Positions 57,295 through 64,000 of a stretch of DNA of 64,000 nucleotides are shown in pieces. Every line of letters begins with the position of its first letter. Positions within the stretch are counted from its first letter, which is position 1. The notes beneath the pieces are model-generated. The model saw only the letters and a list, made by a program, of their open reading frames with translations. It did no database searches and was not told where the DNA came from. A program made the position numbers and the translations under genes. This DNA is from an uncultured bacterium (GTDB taxonomy: Bacteria; Verrucomicrobiota; Kiritimatiellia; PWTM01): NCBI GenBank assembly GCA_938005705.1, contig CALLML010000059.1, positions 931-64,930 on the forward strand. Direction: 5' to 3'.

Positions 57295-58305
57295 TCATGC
57301 GCCGGTCACGTTGGTCGGTCGTCGGATCCGCAGAAGAGTCGCCCCGGTTTTGGTCGGCTGCAACCTGACCTCCAATAGTCCTGCGGGCACAAGCACGGTC
57401 GTTCCGGCGCGATAGGTGTCTGTGCCCTGCGCCCATTCAGCGTTCACAACGCCACCGGCAACGAACATAATGTTGAACGAATCGCCATCGGACTTCAAAG
57501 ATGTGGGCGACCGCAGCGTCCACCGTTCCATCCGGAAGAAGGGGCACGAAACGATTTCCTCGTAAGCGTTCATGGGTGGGGCGGGAAGGGGGCGGGGATC
57601 CAGTTTCACGGGAGCCTCGTCTTTCCATCGAATCACGCGCAGGGCCTGTGCCAGATGGGTTTGGCGGGGCCGGCCGTCGTGGCCGACGCGTCCCCAGTCG
57701 TAAATGCGATAAGTCGTGTTCGAGTTCTGCTGCACTTCCAACAGCAGGCAGCCGGCGTCAATCGCATGCACCCGTCCTCCGGGGACATAGACAGCGTCTC
57801 CGGGGCGGACAGGTACCGTGCGCAGCAGGCTTCGCACCTCGCCGGTTCGGATCGCGGCTTCAAAGGCCTTGCGATCTACGCCAGGAAGCAGTCCGGCGAA
57901 GACGCGCGCATCGGGCGCCGCGTCGAGCACATACCACATTTCCGTCTTGGCCTCTCCCCCCCATTTGGCGGCCCCGGCGTCGTCGGGATGAACCTGAACG
58001 CTGAGTCGTTCACGCGAGTCAATAAGCTTGATCAACAAGGGAAATTGCCCGTTTGTCGGCGAGACGCCTGCGCCCAGCAAGCGGGGGCCGAGCGCGGTGA
58101 CGATCTCCGTAAGGGTATGCCCGGCCCAAGGGCCGTTTTCAGCGATGCTCATGCCATCGTCCCTCGAGGAAATCTCCCAGGACTCGGCATAAATATCCGG
58201 CGGCACATCCCGGCGAAAGGCCTGAATGATGCGCTGCCCGCCCCAGATATAATCTTTATATACGGGCCGAAAACGCAATGGATAGAGATGGCATTGCTCT
58301 TCCAT
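57295..58305 (-). CDS. manA: class I mannose-6-phosphate isomerase (cupin)
   Basis: 336 aa. LSVQVHPDD and YVPGGRVHAI metal-binding motifs. Confidence 0.85.
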   Translation of the reverse strand: MEEQCHLYPLRFRPVYKDYIWGGQRIIQAFRRDVPPDIYAESWEISSRDDGMSIAENGPWAGHTLTEIVTALGPRLLGAGVSPTNGQFPLLIKLIDSRERLSVQVHPDDAGAAKWGGEAKTEMWYVLDAAPDARVFAGLLPGVDRKAFEAAIRTGEVRSLLRTVPVRPGDAVYVPGGRVHAIDAGCLLLEVQQNSNTTYRIYDWGRVGHDGRPRQTHLAQALRVIRWKDEAPVKLDPRPLPAPPMNAYEEIVSCPFFRMERWTLRSPTSLKSDGDSFNIMFVAGGVVNAEWAQGTDTYRAGTTVLVPAGLLEVRLQPTKTGATLLRIRRPTNVTGA

Positions 58306-58467
58306 GATCCTGAGACCGTCTGGCGTGCCCGCCGACTAGCTATAGCATACCTCCGAGGTGGAAAAATTCAATCATTCCGGTTAGGTGCGAAATGGAGTCA
58401 TAAAAAGAGAAATTCTGACGAGAGGTTGCGGAAACTCGCCGCCGGTTCTGCCGGAGCCGTTCGCCGC

Positions 58468-58653
58468 TTAAAATCCGGTGTCCCCGAGGTACGGCATCCA
58501 CCGGAGGAAAGCCGGCTTCAATGATTCGATGATCGCGCCCCGTTTTCCGGATAAATACGCCGGGATGGTGGCGGTCTTGTGCGCCTCCCGGTGGGAACCG
58601 TCCGTCCTAAGATTCAGGCCGTCCGCAGGTCCCGCAGCGTTCCGTCTTTTCAA
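58468..58653 (-). CDS. candidate small protein (TTG start, hypothetical)
   Basis: 61-codon ORF whose TTG start overlaps the trpC stop (TTGA). By hand count, 43 of 60 third positions are G/C, similar to real genes here. No family recognised and no ATG start. Confidence 0.25.
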   Translation of the reverse strand: MKRRNAAGPADGLNLRTDGSHREAHKTATIPAYLSGKRGAIIESLKPAFLRWMPYLGDTGF

Positions 58654-59414
58654 ACGATATGGCGCAGGGCCCGCAGCGCGGCCACGACATCCGGCGCGCG
58701 CAAGAGATGTTCGCCAACCAGCAGCGCCCGTGCGCCCGCGGCCTTCAACCGGGCGGCATCCTCCGGCCCGCGGATGCCGCTTTCGGCTACGATCAGCGCG
58801 CCGGGCGGTGCAAGGGGGGCGAGGCGCTCCGTGGTTTCGAGTGAAACGCGGAACGTCCGGAGATCGCGGTTGTTGATGCCGAGGATTCGGGCGCCGGTAT
58901 CCGCCGCGCGTTTCAATTCGATTTCGTCATGCACTTCCACCAGCGCTGCGAGACCCGCCGACTCCGCACGTTGCCGCAGATCTCGCAGCGCGCCGTCATC
59001 GAGTGCGGCGGCAATCAGCAGCACCGCAGAAGCGCCGAGCGAGGTGGCGTGGCGGATTTGCCATTCATCGAGGATGAATTCTTTGTACAAAAGCGGCAGG
59101 CTTGTCGCCTCGCGCACGCGCATGAAATCCGCTTCGCCGCCGCCGAAATAATGTGCGTCCATCAGAATGGAAACCGCCTGTGCGCCGCCGGCTTCATAGG
59201 CGCGGGTGAGCGCCGCGGGATCGAACGGAACTCGCAACGGCCCCGCCGAGGGAGATCGGCGCTTGATTTCGGCGATGACGCCGATCGGTTCCGTATTCAG
59301 CGCGGAGACAAAATCCGGCGGCGGATGCGCGGGCGGGGGCAAGACCGGCATCCTCGCGCGGCGTTCTGCAATCTCGCGGCGCTTGTGGGCGAGAATGTCC
59401 TCAAGAATCGTCAC
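58650..59414 (-). CDS. trpC: indole-3-glycerol phosphate synthase
   Basis: 254 aa. IAEIKRRSPSAG, LVEVHD and GINNRDL motifs. ATGA overlap with the prfB stop. Confidence 0.93.
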   Translation of the reverse strand: MTILEDILAHKRREIAERRARMPVLPPPAHPPPDFVSALNTEPIGVIAEIKRRSPSAGPLRVPFDPAALTRAYEAGGAQAVSILMDAHYFGGGEADFMRVREATSLPLLYKEFILDEWQIRHATSLGASAVLLIAAALDDGALRDLRQRAESAGLAALVEVHDEIELKRAADTGARILGINNRDLRTFRVSLETTERLAPLAPPGALIVAESGIRGPEDAARLKAAGARALLVGEHLLRAPDVVAALRALRHIV

Positions 59415-60533
59415 GATGCGGCTCCGAAGCGGCGCAGATAAGCGTCAATGAAAACATCCAGGTGGCCGTCGAGAACGGCAGCGGCGTTGCCGACTTCGAC
59501 CTCTGTTCGATGGTCTTTAACCATCGTGTAGGGTTGCAGGACATACGAGCGGATTTGGCGGCCCCAGGCGATTTCGCCCTTCTCGCCGTAAAACTGCTCG
59601 GCTTGCTTGCGCTGGCGGTCTAGCTGCAACTCATAGAGGCGGGCACGCAACATGCGCATGGCCTTCTCTCGGTTGCTGTGCTGGGAGCGTTCGGCCTGGC
59701 AGGCGACGACCAGCCCCGTGGGCACATGCACGATGCGGACGGCCGAATCGGTCTTATTCACATGCTGGCCGCCAGCGCCGCCGGCGCGATAGGTATCTAT
59801 CCGCAAGTCCTTCTCGTTAATCTGCACCTCGATGTCATCATCGAGTTCCGCGGTCACATCCACGGCGGCGAAAGAGGTGTGGCGGCGTTTGTTCGCGTCG
59901 AACGGACTGATTCGAACCAGTCGATGCACGCCGCGTTCCGCCTTCAAAAACCCGTAGGCATACGGGGCGATCACATGCAGCGTGGCACTCTTGATGCCGG
60001 CCTCTTCGCCGGGCTGCACATCGAGCAGCCGCGTTTCGAAACCTTTGCGCTCGAAATAGCGGGTGTACATGCGCAGTAACATGTCCGCCCAGTCGCAGGA
60101 TTCGGTGCCGCCAGCGCCGGCGTGCAGACTGACATACGCGTTGTTCGGGTCCAGCTTTCCACCCAACAGCGTCCGCAGTTCGATGTCCTCGCGTAGTCCA
60201 TCCGCTTCTTCCAGTGCTCGCGCAGCCTCTTGAAGGGCCTCCTGCCGAGCCGTCTCGTCGGTTTCGGCCTCGGCCATTTCAACAAAGAGAGTTGCGTCAG
60301 CCATCCGGGCGGTCATGCGCTCATAGGGTTCGATAAGGGCGCGCAAGGCGTTCGTCTGAGCGATGACCGCGCGGGCCTGCGTCGGGTCCTTCCAAAAATC
60401 CGGATGGGCGGCCTGATTCTTCAGCTCCTCCAGTGTTCGCTTTTTGCCGGCGATGTCAAAGATACCCCCGCATTTGCTCGATGCGCTCAGCGGACGCCTG
60501 CTGCCGACTTTTCAATTCTTCCGGATTGATCAT
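59411..60533 (-). CDS. prfB: peptide chain release factor 2, requires programmed +1 frameshift (join 60533..60459 and 60457..59411)
   Basis: SPF (RISPFD) and GGQ (AGGAGGQHVNK) motifs. 25-codon upstream frame MINPEELKSRQQASAERIEQMRGYL ends at an in-frame TGA. Skipping T at 60458 restores DIAGKKRTLEELKNQ..., in frame with ORF 59411-60346. Confidence 0.92.
60455..60470 (-). other. prfB +1 frameshift site CGGGGG TAT CTT TGA C
   Basis: The minus-strand sequence cgggggtatctttgac matches the classical SD-like element plus the CTT TGA C slippery/stop context. The TGA is codon 26. Confidence 0.88.
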
Positions 60534-60619
60534 GTTGATTCGCTCCCTGTCCTATACGATGCGGCGGATTTCCGGGTGCGCGAGGAACGAGCGGCCCCGA
60601 AGCATGTCAGGGACGTCCT

Positions 60620-63133
60620 TCACGGAGAATCCGAATCTTGAAGCTCCTCCAATTCTTCCGGGGTGAGATCAAGGCCGGGGATGGGCGCCGCATCGAGGTC
60701 GGACGGCGCCTCTATTTCGCCAATTTCTCCGCCATTTAGCCGTTGCCAGCGTCGCCGTCGTTCGACTTCACGGCGATGGGCTTCGGCCTCTTCCAGCAGA
60801 GGGGTCACATCCACGCCTCGGCGGATCAGTTTTTCGCGGATACTCTCATTATCCGGCTCCAGAACGAATGCGCGGCGCCAGTGCGGCAACGCCTCCTCCT
60901 CTCGCCCGAGCGCGGCCAGTACGTCCCCGACATGATCCTGAATTTCCGACTCATCCGGTTCCTTCTCGAGAGCTCGTCGAAGTTCCGTCAGCGACTCCTC
61001 AAGCCGCCCCATGCGGAAATAAATCCAGCCCAAGGTGTCCAGATAGGCCGCGTTGTCAGGTTCAAGTTTCAGCGCCTTCTTGACGAATTCCAGCGCCCGC
61101 TCCAGATGCAGGCCGTGGACCGCCCAGGTATATGCGAGGTAATTAAGGGCTCGGTGGTGATCCGGATCGCGTTCGAGGCATTTCAGCATCATGTCCTCCG
61201 CGCGTTCGATCTGACCGTCGCGTTCCAATGCGGCGCCGAACCAGAAAAAGTAGTCGGGTGTAAGCAACTCGGCCGCGTCAGTTTGGCCTTGCGCACGGGT
61301 TTGGGCGGTTTCGAAGGCAGAGATCGCGTTCGAATAGTTCTTGGCGAAGTGTTCGAACAGTCCCTTAAAAAGGCTGATGAACACATCCCCTCGATCGGCG
61401 TCCAGCCTCTCCATGATTCTGCGGGCGCGGGCCACGACCTCCGGCGGTTGGTCGGGATCGGCGGTCAGGCGAATGAAGGCCTCAATCGCCAGCGGTTCGC
61501 GCAGCATGGCCCGGCGGAGACGCGCGTCCGCGCCGGCCGTATCGCCGGCGCGCAAGTGGGCCTCCGCCGAGCGGACCCAGAACAGAGGGGATATGTCGGG
61601 GTTGATACTGCCTGTTTCCAGCAAGCGTTCAATTTCTTCATACGCGTCACGGGCGTCAACGAATTCGCTGCGAAAAAGATGGAGCTGAGCACGGGCCTCG
61701 ATCAGGTGTAAGTCGTCGGACCATTGGCGTCCTGCCTCGCGCAGGGTTTCCATGGCGGCGTCAGGATTCTCAGCGGCCTGGGCCACCGCCAGGCGGATAT
61801 AGTGGACCGACTCCGGACTGTCTCCTGCTATGGCGGCGTGAAATGCCTCCACGGCCTTCGCGCAGTCATTGGCGTGCAAATACAGTTCACCCAGGATGTA
61901 TTTGATTTGACTGTCGCGCGGGCGGATGGTTGACAACGACTCGAGCCGACGGATGGCGGCGGGAACGTCGCCGGCGGCAAAGCGCAGCGCGATCGTCCTT
62001 CGCAACGAGGGATCGGGGGCATTGATGCGACCGAGTTCGACAAGCGCCTGTTCGGGAAGATCGGCCAGGAGAAGCAGTTCGGCCAAGGCCAGTCGCAGCA
62101 CCAGGTCGTCGGGGCGTGCTGCCAGCACCCGACGCAACGCCGCCACAGCCGCCAGTCGATGTTCGCGCGCTAGAGCGACGTCTTCAACTCGCATGGCGGC
62201 CCGCGCCCGGAGTTCGGCAATCAGCCGCAACAGATTAACCGGCTGGCGGACGCGGTCCACGGCGCGTTCGGCCCATGCCAAGGCCTCGTCCTCCCGGCCC
62301 AAGGTGGCCTTCATCAGAGCGGCGAATAGCGCGGCTTCATCGTTTTCGGGGTCGAGCGCAGCGGCGCGGTCAAAGGCCGCGAAGGCCTCCTCCGTTTTTT
62401 CGATTCTCCGATACAGATGCCCGAGGGCGAGCGCCGCTGCAGCGTCCAAATCAAAGCGCTCGCCGATCGGTTTGAGGAGGGCGGCCGTGGTCTCGCGGGC
62501 TTCGGGCCGTTCCCGGGCTTCCGCCCAGATCAGATACATCTGAACAGCCCGTAGCAGCGAGATTGCCGGTCGAGCGGTGCTGGAAGCCTCCTGAAGGAGT
62601 CGAAGCGCCTTCTCCCCCTCGCCGCGACGAATCAAGAGATCCGCGTACTCCGCTACAATGTCCGCATTCGCGGGGTTCGTGGCAAGGGCACGCCGTGAAG
62701 TTGCTACAGCCTCATCAAGCCGCCCCACCGCACGGTATACTCGCGCGAGCCACTGGATCCGTATCGCATCGTCGGGCCGGCGCTGAATCCAGCGCTCGAT
62801 CAAGTCTTTTGCCTCGTCGACTCGGCCTCGACGGAGGAGCAATGCCGCCGCGCGCCCGTTCAAACGCTCGCTATCGGGGTCGGCGGCGACAGCGGCCAAG
62901 GCCTGTTCGATCGCCGCGTCATGCTCGGCTTGATACTCATGAAGGACCGAGCGACCAAAACGCGCCAGTGCCTCTGGCGGAGGATCGGAGCGGACAGGTC
63001 CGGTGTCCGCCGGCGCGGGAGGGGCGACACTGCGGCAACCGGTGCCGAGGAGAAGGGCCGCCGTTGCACCCAGCTGGATAGCTGTGCGTATCCGACGACG
63101 AATCGCCCGGCGATCCTCATTCGGCGGCTTCAT
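60620..63133 (-). CDS. large TPR-repeat lipoprotein
   Basis: 837 aa from the ATG at 63133 (ggagaaa RBS). Lipobox LLLGTGC. TPR-like helical repeats throughout and an acidic C-terminus. Confidence 0.82.
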   Translation of the reverse strand: MKPPNEDRRAIRRRIRTAIQLGATAALLLGTGCRSVAPPAPADTGPVRSDPPPEALARFGRSVLHEYQAEHDAAIEQALAAVAADPDSERLNGRAAALLLRRGRVDEAKDLIERWIQRRPDDAIRIQWLARVYRAVGRLDEAVATSRRALATNPANADIVAEYADLLIRRGEGEKALRLLQEASSTARPAISLLRAVQMYLIWAEARERPEARETTAALLKPIGERFDLDAAAALALGHLYRRIEKTEEAFAAFDRAAALDPENDEAALFAALMKATLGREDEALAWAERAVDRVRQPVNLLRLIAELRARAAMRVEDVALAREHRLAAVAALRRVLAARPDDLVLRLALAELLLLADLPEQALVELGRINAPDPSLRRTIALRFAAGDVPAAIRRLESLSTIRPRDSQIKYILGELYLHANDCAKAVEAFHAAIAGDSPESVHYIRLAVAQAAENPDAAMETLREAGRQWSDDLHLIEARAQLHLFRSEFVDARDAYEEIERLLETGSINPDISPLFWVRSAEAHLRAGDTAGADARLRRAMLREPLAIEAFIRLTADPDQPPEVVARARRIMERLDADRGDVFISLFKGLFEHFAKNYSNAISAFETAQTRAQGQTDAAELLTPDYFFWFGAALERDGQIERAEDMMLKCLERDPDHHRALNYLAYTWAVHGLHLERALEFVKKALKLEPDNAAYLDTLGWIYFRMGRLEESLTELRRALEKEPDESEIQDHVGDVLAALGREEEALPHWRRAFVLEPDNESIREKLIRRGVDVTPLLEEAEAHRREVERRRRWQRLNGGEIGEIEAPSDLDAAPIPGLDLTPEELEELQDSDSP

Positions 63134-63316
63134 TTCCGGTTTTTCTCCATTGGTATTCGACGCCCCGCCCCATGCGCGAAAAGAGCCCCCTGCCCCTCGG
63201 GGTTTTCTCTGGGCGTACACCGCCCCGACTGATTTGGCAGAGGAAAAATTCCAATTCCGGAACAGACGCCGCGCCATGAATCATCCGGCACTGACCATCA
63301 TCCGGTCTGATCGCAA

Positions 63317-63406
63317 TCAACTCTTCTTGTGACGAAGCATGCGTCTGCGTTTACGCCGTTTATGCTTCGCCATTTTCTCGCGTCGTTTTTTCTTGATTGA
63401 GCCCAT
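63317..63406 (-). CDS. bS22-like (AURKAIP1/COX24-type) very small basic ribosomal protein
   Basis: Not in the ORF track (29 codons). Translates to MGSIKKKRREKMAKHKRRKRRRMLRHKKS, closely resembling mycobacterial bS22 ([21 protein letters not shown]...). Confidence 0.72.
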   Translation of the reverse strand: MGSIKKKRREKMAKHKRRKRRRMLRHKKS

Positions 63407-63451
63407 GTATGACCCTCGGAAAAACGACCGTCCACGCCATGGAGCGGCCGG

Positions 63452-64000
63452 TCACGGAACCACTTTGTTTAATGCAATTTCAATAATACCCTCGGCGCCC
63501 GCGGCTTTCAACGCCGGAATAAGCCGGCGCACCAGGTGCTCTTCCACCACCGTTTCCACGGAATACCACCCATCGCTGCTGAGCGGGTTGACGGTCGGCG
63601 CATGCAGCGCCGGCAATAAGTCCACCACGCCGGCCAGCCGCACCCTGTCCACGTTCATCTTTAATAGCACGCGAGATGAGGCGGCGAGGACGCCCTTCAG
63701 TAGCGTGACGATCTGTTCCATCTTCGCGCGCTTCCACGAGTCGGCCCACGCGCCCCGATTGGCGATGAAGCGGGTGGTGGATTCCATGATTGTCTCGACG
63801 ATGCGCAAGCGGTGGGCGCGTAACGATGAACCCGTTTCCGTCAGCTCGACAATCGCATCTACGAGATCGGGTGTTTTGGCTTCGGTCGCGCCCCACGAGA
63901 ACTCCACCTCCGCATGGACGCCCTTTTCACGGAGCCATGCGCGCGTGATGCCCACGGCTTCGGTCGCGATGCGCTTTCCCTCTAAATCTTTCACGGATCG
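63452..64000 (-). CDS. hisG: ATP phosphoribosyltransferase, long form (5' end outside the window)
   Basis: [16 protein letters not shown] active-site loop region, plus a C-terminal regulatory domain ending [15 protein letters not shown]. The frame is open to the window edge. Confidence 0.85.
   Translation of the reverse strand, partial: RSVKDLEGKRIATEAVGITRAWLREKGVHAEVEFSWGATEAKTPDLVDAIVELTETGSSLRAHRLRIVETIMESTTRFIANRGAWADSWKRAKMEQIVTLLKGVLAASSRVLLKMNVDRVRLAGVVDLLPALHAPTVNPLSSDGWYSVETVVEEHLVRRLIPALKAAGAEGIIEIALNKVVP

Noticed and set aside
58306-58649. SRP (4.5S) RNA or cobalamin riboswitch in the trpC-manA spacer
   Set aside because: ccggaggaaagccgg superficially resembles the SRP domain IV / B12-box neighbourhood. 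The conserved GGAAGCAGCC / GUCAGGUCC (SRP) and GCCACUG (B12 box) elements are absent on both strands.

Overview
GC-rich bacterial chromosomal window, densely coded on both strands. Gene content suggests a PVC-type organism (Verrucomicrobiota, Kiritimatiellota or Planctomycetota); this is inference only, because no search could be run. Product names come from motifs read in the supplied translations. Most genes are housekeeping: dapA-dapB, hisC-hisD, partial hisG, leuC-leuD, trpC, prfB, uvrA, gcvPA, a purF-like gene, manA, aguA and three tRNAs (Ala-GGC, Gly-GCC, Ser-GCU). I corrected many ORF-track starts using RBS position, neighbouring stop codons, tRNA overlap or repeat overlap. I recognised no rRNA, CRISPR array, transposase, integrase or phage gene. 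Six things seem worth a second look. (1) A translationally coupled MoxR / DUF58 / BatA-N / VWA / DUF4175-like / alpha-toroid operon (6068-16374) sits behind an ECF sigma/anti-sigma pair. (2) It is followed directly by three tandem paralogous secreted proteins (16396-20671) with a modular architecture I cannot assign to a characterised family. (3) A 120-195 nt intergenic repeat with long inverted arms enclosing three GC hairpins occurs four times (about 25062, 34062, 41391, 54641). (4) A paired 15-bp palindrome TTCCAAG-N-CTTGGAA appears with identical 32-bp spacing at two loci. (5) Two items are absent from the ORF track: the prfB +1 frameshift site and a 29-codon bS22-like gene. (6) An ExbB-ExbD-TonB-like cluster is coupled to a small zinc-ribbon membrane protein and a giant TPR protein. 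All functional statements for hypothetical proteins are inference.
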